A DNA stretch of 62,266 nt, the filler included. It is 5 parts of 5 records of this genome, joined end to end, with 100 filler letters (N's around TTAATTAATTAA, not from the genome) between each part and the next. Parts side by side here need not be neighbours in the genome. Positions count along the whole stretch, not along the records: positions 30,429 to 53,016 come from DRR723986_9602; positions 53,117 to 62,266 come from DRR723986_9604; 3 more parts are not named here. The stretch is one strand, 5' to 3'. Made by a program: the position numbers and the translations under genes. The stretch's first letter is position 1. Each line of letters opens with the position of its first letter. Positions 48,862 through 59,029 of this stretch are shown one piece after another. The notes beneath the pieces are model-generated. The model had not been told where the DNA came from and ran no database searches. It was given only the letters and a program-made list of their open reading frames with translations.

Positions 48862-50166
48862 ATGAACACCAAAACCGAAGCTGACGCTTCCTCAGGGCCG
48901 CCGAAAGGCATCGGTCCGATGCAGCGGCGTGAAATGTGGCTGGCGTATCTGATGCTGGCGCCGACATTTGCCATCATCCTGATGATTGTTGCCGGACCGC
49001 TGCTTGCCAATTTCTGGATCAGTGTGAAGCCGGTTCAGCTTGCCGACCTGCGGCCGCCGACCGTGCTCGTCAACGAACGGGTTCGTGGCCGGCCAAAAGC
49101 ACCAGGCGACGAGGCCCGGCTGGAATACCGGCTGCGCAATTCCTCACAGGACGAGGAAGTCCGCAACGTGACGCTGAGCGATGTAGTACCCGATGGCTTC
49201 ACGGTGACTTCGCATTCCGAAAACTGTTCGCTCAATGGCGCCGCGCTGACGTGCGATCTTGGAACCGTAGCGCCTGGCTGGCGCGGAGACGTCGAACTGG
49301 TCGGAACAGTGTCGCAGGGGTTTCTGGATGCAAACCGTCCCGAACGTGCGAGCGAGCCGGTTATTTCGGGCGAAGCCAACAATGTGCTGACCAACTTCGA
49401 ATTCACGTTCGAGAACTTCAGCCGGATCTTCAGCGCGGACGAGTTCTGGTCAGTGCTGCGCATTACGTTCTACTACACCATCTTCGGGACGGGTGGCGCG
49501 TTAGTGCTGGGTCTCTTTGCGGCGCAGCTCCTGAACACGACCTTCCCCGGTCGCGGTGTCCTGCGGGGCCTGTTCCTGTTTCCCTACGTCTCGCCGGTGA
49601 TCGCGGTTGCCTTTACCTGGGTCGTGCTGTTCGACCCGTTTTCCGGCACGCTCAACGCGCTGCTGACCAAAATGGGCGTTGTCGCCGATCCGATCAATTT
49701 CTTCGGCCAGAGGGCGATCGAGTTTTCCGTTTTCGGCATTCCGATGGAGTTTCCGCTGGCGCTGACGACGGTGATAGCCTTCGAGGCCTGGCGTTACTTT
49801 CCGCTGTCTTTCCTGTTCATCCTGGCGCGCATGCAGTCGATCAACACGGACATGTATGAAGCTGCCGAAATGGACGGGGCGACGCCGCTGCAACAGTTCT
49901 GGTACCTGTCGCTGCCGCAACTGATGGGGATCCTCTCGGTCCTGTTCCTGCTGCGCTTCATCTGGACCTTCAACAAGTTCGACGACATCTTCCTTCTGAC
50001 CGGCGGCAACGCGGGCACGCGTACGCTGACTGTCGATGTCTATGAGCAGGGATTTGCCCTGTCCAATCTCGGCGCCGGTGCGGCCGTTGCCGTGGTCGTC
50101 TTTGTCGTCCTTGTCACCTTCGCCACTTTGTTCATCCGCTTTTCGCCGAAGGAGGAAGGGCTATGA
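48862..50166 (+). CDS. Sugar ABC permease (MalF-like) with a periplasmic DUF11-like Ig insert
   Basis: EAA motif MYEAAEMDGA; insert YRLRN...VTLSDVVPDGF...C...TCDLGTVAPG. Confidence 0.9.
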   Translation: MNTKTEADASSGPPKGIGPMQRREMWLAYLMLAPTFAIILMIVAGPLLANFWISVKPVQLADLRPPTVLVNERVRGRPKAPGDEARLEYRLRNSSQDEEVRNVTLSDVVPDGFTVTSHSENCSLNGAALTCDLGTVAPGWRGDVELVGTVSQGFLDANRPERASEPVISGEANNVLTNFEFTFENFSRIFSADEFWSVLRITFYYTIFGTGGALVLGLFAAQLLNTTFPGRGVLRGLFLFPYVSPVIAVAFTWVVLFDPFSGTLNALLTKMGVVADPINFFGQRAIEFSVFGIPMEFPLALTTVIAFEAWRYFPLSFLFILARMQSINTDMYEAAEMDGATPLQQFWYLSLPQLMGILSVLFLLRFIWTFNKFDDIFLLTGGNAGTRTLTVDVYEQGFALSNLGAGAAVAVVVFVVLVTFATLFIRFSPKEEGL

Positions 50167-51395
50167 GACCCGGCAGTATCGTTCTCGCGGCGCTGACCGG
50201 CCTGATCTGGGGCGTCACTGCCATGGTGGTCATCGGTGTCACACTGACACTGGTGACCGGCGATGTGGCGCAGCCGCAGGCAACGGCGGCGGGTCTTGCG
50301 GGGCTTGTCAGTGCTCTGGTTCTGGTCTGGAGGCAGTCGACCGGGGGCGCTGGAACCATGGCGGACAGGGGGCTTTGTGCTGCCGTCCTGTTCGTCGTCC
50401 TGATGGTGGCTTCCTTCGCGGCGCCCTTCGGTCTGTCGCTTGGTCAGCACTCCTTGTGGCAGGGACTTGGTCTGGTGATGTTTGTCGCCGGCGTTACCGG
50501 TGCCAATGCGATCTGCCTCGGTGGGGCCCGGCTTGGTGCCATGTCGCGCTACGAGCGTGAGGTCGTCTATATTCGCATCGCGAAGGGCGTCGGCTTCGTC
50601 GTCTTCTCGATCATTGTCGCCTTGCCGTTCTACGTCATGATCATGACCTCGCTCAAAAGCCAACAGGCGCTGCTGGCCAATCCGCTGGACCTGTCGATCG
50701 ACGTCAGTCAGGGCATCAGCGGGCTGTTCCGGTCCTATGTCGAGCTTTTCACCCAGTTCAACTTCGGTCGTTACCTGATGGTGTCCGCCTTCGTGTCGGT
50801 GGCAACCGTCGTGCTGACATTGCTGTTCTCGGTGCCGGGCGCCTATGCCGTGTCGCGGCTGCGGTTTCCGGGGCAGGCATTCCTGGCCCGCTCCGTGCTG
50901 CTCATCTACATGGTGCCGGCGATCGTGCTGGTGATCCCGCTCTATGCGGTGTTCTCGCAGCTTGGCCTGCGCAACACGCTCACCGGTCTGTTGATCGTCT
51001 ATCCGGCAACGACCATCCCGGTCGCGCTCTACATGTTGCAGGGGTACTTTCGCGGTCTGCCGTCCGAACTGGAAGAAGCCGGGCTGATGGACGGGCTGTC
51101 GCGCATCGGCGTGATCCTCAAGATCACCCTGCCGCTGTCCCTGCCGGCGCTGGCCTCCGTTTCGCTTTACGTCTTCATGATCGCCTGGAACGAGTTCCTG
51201 TTCGCGTTCATGTTCCTGGATGATCCGGACATCTTCACGCTGTCGCGCGGAGTGGTGTCCCTCAATTCCTCCGAGGTGCCACGTCAGCATCTCATGGCGG
51301 GCGCGGTAATTGCGACCGTGCCCGTCCTTTTCATTTTCCTGTGGTTCGAACGTTTCCTTGTCCAGGGCCTGACGGCCGGCAGCGTCAAGGGTTGA
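50163..51395 (+). CDS. Sugar ABC permease (MalG-like) with extra N-terminal TM helices
   Basis: LEEAGLMDG EAA loop; AWNEFLFA. Confidence 0.92.
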   Translation: MRPGSIVLAALTGLIWGVTAMVVIGVTLTLVTGDVAQPQATAAGLAGLVSALVLVWRQSTGGAGTMADRGLCAAVLFVVLMVASFAAPFGLSLGQHSLWQGLGLVMFVAGVTGANAICLGGARLGAMSRYEREVVYIRIAKGVGFVVFSIIVALPFYVMIMTSLKSQQALLANPLDLSIDVSQGISGLFRSYVELFTQFNFGRYLMVSAFVSVATVVLTLLFSVPGAYAVSRLRFPGQAFLARSVLLIYMVPAIVLVIPLYAVFSQLGLRNTLTGLLIVYPATTIPVALYMLQGYFRGLPSELEEAGLMDGLSRIGVILKITLPLSLPALASVSLYVFMIAWNEFLFAFMFLDDPDIFTLSRGVVSLNSSEVPRQHLMAGAVIATVPVLFIFLWFERFLVQGLTAGSVKG

Positions 51396-51438
51396 ACGAT
51401 CAAGAGAAGGGGCTCTGAAGAGCCCGAGGGAGTACGCT

Positions 51439-52728
51439 GTGGCACACGCAGATCTAGACCAGGCGGCAAAGGCCATCCTGACCGAAAACGACCAGGGCGG
51501 GTACACGATCCCGACGAAGGGTCTTTATCCGTACCAGTGGAACTGGGATTCCGTCTTTGTCGCCCTGGGGTTTGCGGAATTCGACCAGGACCGGGCCTGG
51601 CAGGAAATCGAGATGCTGTTCCAGGGTCAGTGGCGCGACGGAATGGTGCCGCACATCCTGTTTCGCAAGGACGATCCGAGCTATTTTCCCGGACCGGGCG
51701 TGTGGGGAACCGACGGCGGTCCGATCCCGAGTTCCGGTCATTCCCAGCCGCCGGTGGCCGCGTCCGTCGTCCATAGCCTGGTGGAGGCTGACCGGACCGG
51801 CAAGGCACTGGAGCGGGCGAAGGCCTTGTTGCCGAAACTGATGGCCTGGCATCGCTGGTATCTTGCCTATCGCGACCCGAAAAACCTTGGTGTCATTGCC
51901 GTCATTCACCCCTGGGAATCCGGCCGAGACAACCTGCCGGACTGGGACGAGGCGCTGCGGGCGGTCGAGGTCAAGGACATTGGTCCTTATGAGCGGAAGG
52001 ACACCTCTCATGTCGATCCGGCCATGCGGCCGCACAAGGAGGACTACGACCGCTATCTCAGCATTGTCGCTGCTTGCCGTAAGGTAGGCTGGGATCCGAA
52101 AAAAGTTGCCGAAACCTGCCCGTTCTTCGTTGCCGACCCGGGCGTTACCTTCATCTTCCTGCGCGCCAACCGGGATCTTCTCGCGCTGGCCGAAAAACTC
52201 GGCATGAGTGCGGAAGCCGACGAGATCCGAGGGTGGATCGCGGTGATGGAAAAAGGCAGCCGGACGCTTTGGAATGATGAGCTCAAGGCACATGTCGCTT
52301 TTGACGAGCGTCGCGGCAAGCAGACAGATGGCATCTCCAGTGCTTCCTTCCTGGCGCTCTATGCCGGGCTCCATGATCCGCAGACCCTTGGTGCGCTTCA
52401 GGGACATTTCGACAGGATCGCGGAGCGGGTCGAATACCTGATGCCGTCCTATGATCCCGATCACCGCAGTTACGAGCCTTTGCGGTATTGGCGCGGACCG
52501 GTGTGGGCGATGATCAATTACATGATCGCGAAAGGCTTTGCCGAAGCAGGCGATGCCGTCCGGGCGGAACGACTGCGCGCCGACACCGCGCGGCTGATCG
52601 AAACCGGGGGCTTTGCGGAATATTTCAGCCCGGAAACGGGCGCAGGAGCAGGTGGCGGATCGTTCTCCTGGACGTCGGCCATCTGGCTGACCTGGGCTTC
52701 GCCTTCACACGCCGAGCAGGCAGCTTAA
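51439..52728 (+). CDS. GH63/MGH1-like glycoside hydrolase (mannosyl-/glucosylglycerate hydrolase-like)
   Basis: [47 protein letters not shown]. Confidence 0.85.
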   Translation: MAHADLDQAAKAILTENDQGGYTIPTKGLYPYQWNWDSVFVALGFAEFDQDRAWQEIEMLFQGQWRDGMVPHILFRKDDPSYFPGPGVWGTDGGPIPSSGHSQPPVAASVVHSLVEADRTGKALERAKALLPKLMAWHRWYLAYRDPKNLGVIAVIHPWESGRDNLPDWDEALRAVEVKDIGPYERKDTSHVDPAMRPHKEDYDRYLSIVAACRKVGWDPKKVAETCPFFVADPGVTFIFLRANRDLLALAEKLGMSAEADEIRGWIAVMEKGSRTLWNDELKAHVAFDERRGKQTDGISSASFLALYAGLHDPQTLGALQGHFDRIAERVEYLMPSYDPDHRSYEPLRYWRGPVWAMINYMIAKGFAEAGDAVRAERLRADTARLIETGGFAEYFSPETGAGAGGGSFSWTSAIWLTWASPSHAEQAA

Positions 52729-52738
52729 GGGGGACGCG

Positions 52739-53016
52739 ATGGGAGCGATCCAGCTCAACAAGGTTGAAAAGTGGTTCGGCAACCTGCAGGTCATCAAGGG
52801 CATCGACCTCGACATCAAGGATGGCGAATTCGTCATCTTTGTCGGACCGTCCGGCTGCGGGAAGTCGACACTGTTGCGTCTGATCTCAGGGCTTGAGGAA
52901 ACCAGCCGTGGTGCTATCGAGATCGATGGCAAGGACGTCACTGCACTGCCGCCATCGGGGCGGGGACTGTCGATGGTCTTCCAGTCCTACGCGCTTTACC
53001 CGCATATGTCGGTGCG
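52739..53016 (+). CDS. Sugar ABC ATPase (MalK-like), truncated
   Basis: [21 protein letters not shown]. Confidence 0.95.
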
Positions 53017-53116
53017 NNNNNNNNNNNNNNNNNNNNNNNNNNNNNNNNNNNNNNNNNNNNTTAATTAATTAANNNNNNNNNNNNNNNNNNNNNNNNNNNN
53101 NNNNNNNNNNNNNNNN
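53017..53116. other. Artificial contig-joining spacer
   Basis: N-run + TTAATTAATTAA + N-run. Confidence 0.99.
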
Positions 53117-53117
53117 T

Positions 53118-54101
53118 GTGCCGCCGATCTGGATGATGCGGCAGGCTGGGCGCTATTTGCCCGAATACCGCGCTACCCGCGCCCAAGCCGGGGATTTCCT
53201 GTCGCTGTGCTACAATCCCGAATTGGCGGCCGAGGTGACATTGCAGCCCATCCGTCGCTATGGGTTCGATGCGGCAATCCTGTTTGCGGATATTTTGCTT
53301 ATTCCTCAGTCGCTTGGGGCTGATCTATGGTTTGTCACGGGCGAAGGTCCACGGCTGTCGACGATCACCAGCCAAGCTGATTTTGATGTACTGAAGCCTG
53401 CAACGGACATCCACGAAACGCTTTCGCCGATCTATGAAACGGTCAAGATCCTGTCGCGCGAACTGCCATCGGACACCGCTTTGATCGGGTTTGCGGGCGC
53501 ACCTTGGACTGTCGCAACCTATATGATTGCAGGGCGCGGAACCCCGGACCAAGGGCCAGCCCATGCCCTGCGCGAAGGCAATGTTGCCTTGTTCGAGGCG
53601 CTGTTAGACCGGATCACCGTTGCCACCATTGATTATCTGTCAATGCAGATTGAAGCCGGTGCCGAAGTGGTCAAAATCTTTGACAGCTGGGCCGGATCAC
53701 TCAAAGGCGACGCATTCGAGAAATACGCGTTAGAGCCGTGCCGGGTAATCACCAAAGCCCTTAAAGAACGCCACCCGACTGTGCCTGTGATCGGGTTCCC
53801 GCGCGAAGCTGGCGAAAAATACGTGGGCTTTGGCAAGGCAACCGGTGTGGACTGTGTCGCGCTGGACAATTCGGTTGATCCACTCTGGGCCGCTCAGAAT
53901 GTGCAGGTTGATGGCTGTGTACAAGGGAACCTTGCGTCCCGCCACATGGTGACCGGTGGGCAAGCCTTGGTCGATGAAACCAACGCCATTGTCGATGCAT
54001 TTTCCAAGGGGCCACACATTTTCAATCTGGGTCATGGCATCACACCGGATGCTGACCCTGAAAATGTGCAGCTTATGATCGATACGGTTCGGTCACGCTA
54101 A
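53118..54101 (+). CDS. hemE: Uroporphyrinogen decarboxylase (5'-truncated)
   Basis: [45 protein letters not shown]. Confidence 0.97.
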   Translation: MPPIWMMRQAGRYLPEYRATRAQAGDFLSLCYNPELAAEVTLQPIRRYGFDAAILFADILLIPQSLGADLWFVTGEGPRLSTITSQADFDVLKPATDIHETLSPIYETVKILSRELPSDTALIGFAGAPWTVATYMIAGRGTPDQGPAHALREGNVALFEALLDRITVATIDYLSMQIEAGAEVVKIFDSWAGSLKGDAFEKYALEPCRVITKALKERHPTVPVIGFPREAGEKYVGFGKATGVDCVALDNSVDPLWAAQNVQVDGCVQGNLASRHMVTGGQALVDETNAIVDAFSKGPHIFNLGHGITPDADPENVQLMIDTVRSR

Positions 54102-54117
54102 ACCCAGTCATCAAAGG

Positions 54118-55212
54118 TCAGCCGGATTGGCTGGCCTTTATTTCTTTCAGGATTTCATCGGAGTCCTGCCCGCGTGCCGGGCTGGGTTTTGGCTGCCAGT
54201 CATGCGTTGAAAAGCGCGGTGCTGCGGCGGCCTGCAAGGTTCCGTCCACATCCCGCCAAACCTGCCGTGCCTGATTCATGTCGTGGGCCGCGGACTCTGT
54301 TGGGGTCAACACGGGCGCAACACAGGCATCTGTCCCGACGAACATCGCTTCCCAATGGGCGCGAGGGTGCTGAGCGAACAGGTCCGCCAGACGCTTAGTC
54401 AAAGCGGGCCAAAGCTTTTTGTTCATTTGCTGCTTGAATTCAGGATCTTCTGTGAGTTCCAGAATCTGCAGGAACAGCGCGTAAAATTGCGGTTCCAGAC
54501 ATTGAACGCTCATGAAACCCCCATCGGCACAGGCGTAGGTGTGGCTCCAATGTGGACCGTCCAGCAAGCTGCGACCACGTGTATCCGAAAGCTGCCCAAT
54601 TTGGCGCAGCCCGATCAGCAGGTTCATCATGTGGGCCGATCCGTCATAGATGGCGGCATCCACAACGGTCCCTTCACCAGTTCGTCCGGCGCTGATCAGC
54701 GCTGCGAGCATACCCGCAACCAGATACATCGCCCCACCGCCGATATCTCCAACCAAAGTTGCGGGTGGCATGGGGACATCCCCGGGGGCAGAACTGTACC
54801 ACATGGCCCCGGACATCGAGATATAGTTCATGTCATGCCCGGCTGCCTGAGACAGTGGGCCGCTCTGCCCCCAACCTGTCATACGTCCGAACACCAGCTT
54901 GGGATTGATCGCGTGGCACATGTCAGGACCAAGGCCCAGTTTCTCCATCACGCCGGGTCGGAACCCTTCGATCAGGCCATCGGCGCTTGCGATCAGGTCT
55001 TTGGTGGTTTGCAGATCATTGGCGTCTTTCAGGTCCAGCGCGATTGACCGCTTACCCCGGTCCAGCAAAGCACCGCCTGCATCCCCAGTGATCGAAGCTC
55101 CCCCTTTGCGGTGAATCACGATCACCTCGGCGCCCAAATCGGCCAGTGTCATGGCGGCAAACGGGCCGGGGCCAAGGCCTTCGATCTCGATGATCCGAAT
55201 TCCGTTCAACAT
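54118..55212 (-). CDS. CaiB/BaiF CoA-transferase family (alpha-methylacyl-CoA racemase-like)
   Basis: Start MLNGIRIIEIEGLGPGPF; RGKRSIALDLK; EGFRPGVMEKLG; GHDMNY. Confidence 0.92.
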   Translation of the reverse strand: MLNGIRIIEIEGLGPGPFAAMTLADLGAEVIVIHRKGGASITGDAGGALLDRGKRSIALDLKDANDLQTTKDLIASADGLIEGFRPGVMEKLGLGPDMCHAINPKLVFGRMTGWGQSGPLSQAAGHDMNYISMSGAMWYSSAPGDVPMPPATLVGDIGGGAMYLVAGMLAALISAGRTGEGTVVDAAIYDGSAHMMNLLIGLRQIGQLSDTRGRSLLDGPHWSHTYACADGGFMSVQCLEPQFYALFLQILELTEDPEFKQQMNKKLWPALTKRLADLFAQHPRAHWEAMFVGTDACVAPVLTPTESAAHDMNQARQVWRDVDGTLQAAAAPRFSTHDWQPKPSPARGQDSDEILKEIKASQSG

Positions 55213-55356
55213 GATGCTCTCCCTTTTCTTGGTCGCAAGGTTTCGGGGCGAAGCGACAAAGGCAAGGGGCGGGTGGTGCGACGTGGCGTCCTGATCGGTG
55301 GTGGCTAGGCAGAACGGGGCAGGCGTGATCTTTTCGACCCAAGAGGGAGGACAGAC

Positions 55357-56217
55357 ATGTCGACAGTGAGCTTTGAAAAAGACGGACGGATTGGGCGGGT
55401 GACGTTGAACCGGCCAGACGTGATGAATGCGATCAACGATGAATTGCCCCGCGATTTGGCGGCTGCAATTGCAGAGGCCGATGCGGACCCCGAGGTGCAT
55501 GTGATTGTTCTGTCTGGCAACGGGCCCGCGTTCTGTGCCGGATATGACCTGACGTTTTATGCCGAAGGAAACGGGTCGGGGGATGTGACCCAACCGATGC
55601 CGTGGGACCCGATCAAGGATTACCGGTTCATGTGGCAAAACACGCAGCATTTCATGTCGCTTTGGCGCGCGGCGAAGCCGGTGATCTGCAAGGTGCACGG
55701 GTTTGCTGTGGCTGGGGGATCAGACATCGCACTGTGTGCTGATCTGACGATCATGGCTGAGGATGCGCAAATAGGGTACATGCCTGCCCGTGTCTGGGGC
55801 TGTCCGACCACGGCGATGTGGGTGTATCGGCTTGGGGCTGAGCGTGCCAAGCGGATGTTGTTCACGGGCGATAAGATTTCGGGGCGCGAGGCTGCGGATA
55901 TGGGCTTGGTGCTCAAGGCGGTTCCGGCGGATCAATTGGACGATGCGGTCGAAGAAATGGCAGGTCGAATGGCGACCGTGCCGATCAATCAGCTTGCGAT
56001 GCAAAAAATGGTGATCAATCAGGCGATTGAGTCGACAGGCATGATGGAAACTCAACGGCTTGCGACTATTTTTGACGGCATCACGCGGCATTCCCCCGAG
56101 GGGATCAATTTCAAGACCCGCTCGGAACAAGTTGGCTGGAAGCAGGCGGTGACCGAACGCGATCAGGGCACCTTTGACTGGACCGAAAACGAAGAGATCC
56201 CCAAACGCAACCGCTGA
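55357..56217 (+). CDS. Crotonase/enoyl-CoA hydratase family
   Basis: LNRPDVMNAI, FCAGYDL, KPVICKVHGFAVAGG. Confidence 0.92.
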   Translation: MSTVSFEKDGRIGRVTLNRPDVMNAINDELPRDLAAAIAEADADPEVHVIVLSGNGPAFCAGYDLTFYAEGNGSGDVTQPMPWDPIKDYRFMWQNTQHFMSLWRAAKPVICKVHGFAVAGGSDIALCADLTIMAEDAQIGYMPARVWGCPTTAMWVYRLGAERAKRMLFTGDKISGREAADMGLVLKAVPADQLDDAVEEMAGRMATVPINQLAMQKMVINQAIESTGMMETQRLATIFDGITRHSPEGINFKTRSEQVGWKQAVTERDQGTFDWTENEEIPKRNR

Positions 56218-56224
56218 TCAGACG

Positions 56225-57190
56225 TTACGCAGGAAACAACTGGTCCAACAAGGCGATGATTTCATCGCGTTGGGTCAGCTGTTCAATCCAATCCTCGGGA
56301 ATGCCGGTCTGACCGCCAACGCCATGGGCGGCCCCCATCACGGCGCCCAGCAGGATCGCGCGGCCACAGGAATCGCCCCCGGCATAGATGTTCTGCTCGA
56401 TCGCCTCTCTGTAAGAGGGTGCAATGGACAGGGTGTGAACCACGCTGGGCACGCCATAGGCAAGATCGCAGCTCATCCCTATCGTTCGGGTGACGTCGCA
56501 GGTGGATTGGCCAATCATGTCACCCAGCGGAGCAAGGGCGTCATGGACATCATCTGGAGCCGACACGTCGATTTGTTTCAGCGCATCGGTGATCGTATCG
56601 CCGTTCACAATAGCACGCATCAGGTCCGCTGCGGTTGTGCCAAAGGAAATGGCTGTGGCGCAATCGTTTGTGACGCGGATTGCGGATGTGACTTGCTTGG
56701 CAAAGCCTTCGGACCCTGCGGTCAGGGCGACAAGTGCTGGCAATTTCGAAATGGCAGGCAGTTGGCGGTCGTCAGCACCCAGAAATTCGGCTGCGTCGTC
56801 AGCCGTCGAAGCGCGGGATATATTGTCCAGTGTGTCGCGGGTTGGATGGTCAATGTAGCCAACATAGGCCCCGCCATATCCGAAATGGGCTTGGAATGCC
56901 GCTTGGTAGTGATCCTTGTCATACTGCCCTGTTTCAGCCAGAGACCGCAGCATGACCAAGGCTTGTTCACCATATTGAGACAGATCGCCAACCGATTTGG
57001 TTGGATGGGCAAAATATCCGGGCACGTCTTGGTAATCGCTGGGGGTTGCAGCGCGAAAGGCTGCTGTCTTTGGTGCAACTTGGACTATGCGATCCTGATC
57101 ATAGAGCCAATGCAGCCCAAGGGACGCCGCATCAGCGACCAACGCGCCAATGACAAGGTTGCGTTGGCGAGAGATCAGATCCTGGTTCAT
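56225..57190 (-). CDS. ADP-ribosylglycohydrolase family protein
   Basis: GALVADAASLGLHWLYD, NIYAGGDSCGRA, GAVMGAAHG..GIPEDW. Confidence 0.85.
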   Translation of the reverse strand: MNQDLISRQRNLVIGALVADAASLGLHWLYDQDRIVQVAPKTAAFRAATPSDYQDVPGYFAHPTKSVGDLSQYGEQALVMLRSLAETGQYDKDHYQAAFQAHFGYGGAYVGYIDHPTRDTLDNISRASTADDAAEFLGADDRQLPAISKLPALVALTAGSEGFAKQVTSAIRVTNDCATAISFGTTAADLMRAIVNGDTITDALKQIDVSAPDDVHDALAPLGDMIGQSTCDVTRTIGMSCDLAYGVPSVVHTLSIAPSYREAIEQNIYAGGDSCGRAILLGAVMGAAHGVGGQTGIPEDWIEQLTQRDEIIALLDQLFPA

Positions 57191-57255
57191 AAAGAAGTCC
57201 TTACGTGGGTCCCCCTTGATGTGGGGTGCTGTGGCGCTGCGACAAGATCCGTTGA

Positions 57256-58236
57256 TCAATAAGGCAGCTTGACCCGTGTACGGGCGATCTGGCGCTGTTT
57301 TTGTTTTTCCCGAAAATAGACGAACAAGCCAGAGCCCATGATCAAAGCCATGCCGACCCAGACTTCCCAATCCGGGATATCAGACCACAGCAACCAGCCC
57401 CAAAATACAGCCAAAGGCAGCCCGATATATTCAAAGGGGGCAACGGTTGCGGCACTGGACAAGCGATATGCTTGGCTCAGGCAATACCCGATCACTGTTG
57501 TGTTCACGCCCAGCCCGAACAGAAATAACCAGTCATAGGCTGATGGCATGGACCATGCGCGCAGCAAAAAGAACAACGCAGGACTGTCAAGGTTCTCTGC
57601 CAACGCGCCGTCGCCCGCGACCAGATAGAAACCAAGGGACACGGGAATAAACATTGCTTGGATATAAACCGCTAAAGCCGAAGCTTTGGTTGTCGCGCCC
57701 AGCTTTCGGGTCATCAATTGCATCAACGCATAAGCCAGCGCGGCCAGTACCGGCAGCAACAAGACCGCGCGGCTGGTTTCAAGTGCCTCGCCACTGTCCC
57801 AAGGACGCTGCATGATCAGCACTCCGACGAAGCCAGCAAAGACGGCCCCGATACGCAGCATACCGACCTTTTCCCCAAGCAAAGGGATGGATAGCAATGT
57901 GATAAAAAGGGGCGCAGCAAAAAATAGGGCCGTTACATCAGCCAAAGGCGCAGCTGCAAGAGCTACGAAAAACGCCATGTTGGAGACGACAACCAACAAT
58001 CCGCGCAACAGATGCATAAAGGGTTGGCTGGTTTTAAGGATCGACAGACCGCCTTCGAAATGCACCAGAACCAGACTGAGACAAATCCCGATGACCGAGC
58101 GGATCAACACGATTTCATGCAGGGGGTAGCCCCCAGACAATTGCTTGATCAGCAGATCATTGACCGAAATTGCGGCCATGCCGACAAGAATGAATGCAAT
58201 GCCCCGCGTGGACGGGGGCAGCGTGTGATCTGTCAT
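57256..58236 (-). CDS. DMT/EamA-family transporter
   Basis: About 10 TM helices; PLFITLLS..LLGEKVG; APFEY. Confidence 0.9.
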   Translation of the reverse strand: MTDHTLPPSTRGIAFILVGMAAISVNDLLIKQLSGGYPLHEIVLIRSVIGICLSLVLVHFEGGLSILKTSQPFMHLLRGLLVVVSNMAFFVALAAAPLADVTALFFAAPLFITLLSIPLLGEKVGMLRIGAVFAGFVGVLIMQRPWDSGEALETSRAVLLLPVLAALAYALMQLMTRKLGATTKASALAVYIQAMFIPVSLGFYLVAGDGALAENLDSPALFFLLRAWSMPSAYDWLFLFGLGVNTTVIGYCLSQAYRLSSAATVAPFEYIGLPLAVFWGWLLWSDIPDWEVWVGMALIMGSGLFVYFREKQKQRQIARTRVKLPY

Positions 58237-58413
58237 GTGGTAACTCCTCGGGTCGACACGTCGAAGAATTACGTGTGCCCATGGCGGCATGGCTATCACA
58301 GCTACGACTTATGTCTATGCATGTTTGTTATATCAGCCCGCTTGTGCTCTTGGCGGGTGGCCATGGCTGCTTTAGATGTAGGTCAAGCACAACCGAGCGG
58401 AGGACTTGCAGCG

Positions 58414-58938
58414 ATGCAGATGACAGGCGAACGCGACATTCAGGCCGATGTGGCCACGGTTTATCAGGCCCTGTTGGACGCAGAGGTGTTAAAAGCCTGT
58501 GTTCCCGGCGCGCAAGAGGTCGTTGGAACCCCTGAAGACGGATATACAGCTACCGTTGTGCAAAAAGTAGGGCCGGTGAAGGCGACGTTCAAAGGCTCGG
58601 TCACAATGTCGGATATGGTCACAAACGAAAGCTTGACCATCGCGGGCGAGGGCAAAGGCGGCGCGGCAGGGTTTGCCAAGGGCGGCGCGCAGGTGAGGCT
58701 TACGCCAACTGACGCGGGTGGCACGCTGCTCAGCTATGATGTTGAGGCAAAGGTGGGTGGTAAGTTGGCGCAACTTGGTAGCCGTCTGATTGATGGATTT
58801 GCCAAGAAAATGGCCGATCAGTTCTTTGGCAATTTCCAAGACGTCTTGGAAGGGCCTGCGGAAGACGAGGCCGAAGGTGACCCCGAAGAGGGCGGCAAGA
58901 AAAAAGGCTGGTTGGGAAAACTGACCGGGCGCGACTGA
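58414..58938 (+). CDS. coxG: CoxG/SRPBCC family protein
   Basis: [37 protein letters not shown]. Confidence 0.88.
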   Translation: MQMTGERDIQADVATVYQALLDAEVLKACVPGAQEVVGTPEDGYTATVVQKVGPVKATFKGSVTMSDMVTNESLTIAGEGKGGAAGFAKGGAQVRLTPTDAGGTLLSYDVEAKVGGKLAQLGSRLIDGFAKKMADQFFGNFQDVLEGPAEDEAEGDPEEGGKKKGWLGKLTGRD

Positions 58939-59029
58939 ACCCTGCGTACATGCGCAGCTAAATGTGCATTCAAGCTCTGTCCCCGTTCCTGCGCACAGGT
59001 TAGGCTGTCGCGGAACATGGGGAACGGGC

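Noticed and set aside
30451-52464. Long opposite-strand ORFs (30451-31869, 36849-38168, 43741-45333, 50040-51506, 51454-52464)
   Set aside because: Antisense shadows of motif-supported genes.
5961-53116. Gene neighbourhoods across the four N-spacers, and ORFs ending in X...LIN
   Set aside because: The spacers are artificial and the contigs differ in composition and apparent taxon. For example, the phage module is not shown to be inserted in lysA.
54118-55698. 526-aa version of the CoA-transferase as a fusion protein
   Set aside because: The extension overlaps the divergent crotonase gene; family homology starts at ATG 55212, which has a good RBS.
58414-58938. coxG as evidence for CO oxidation
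   Set aside because: Stand-alone SRPBCC gene with no coxMSL nearby.
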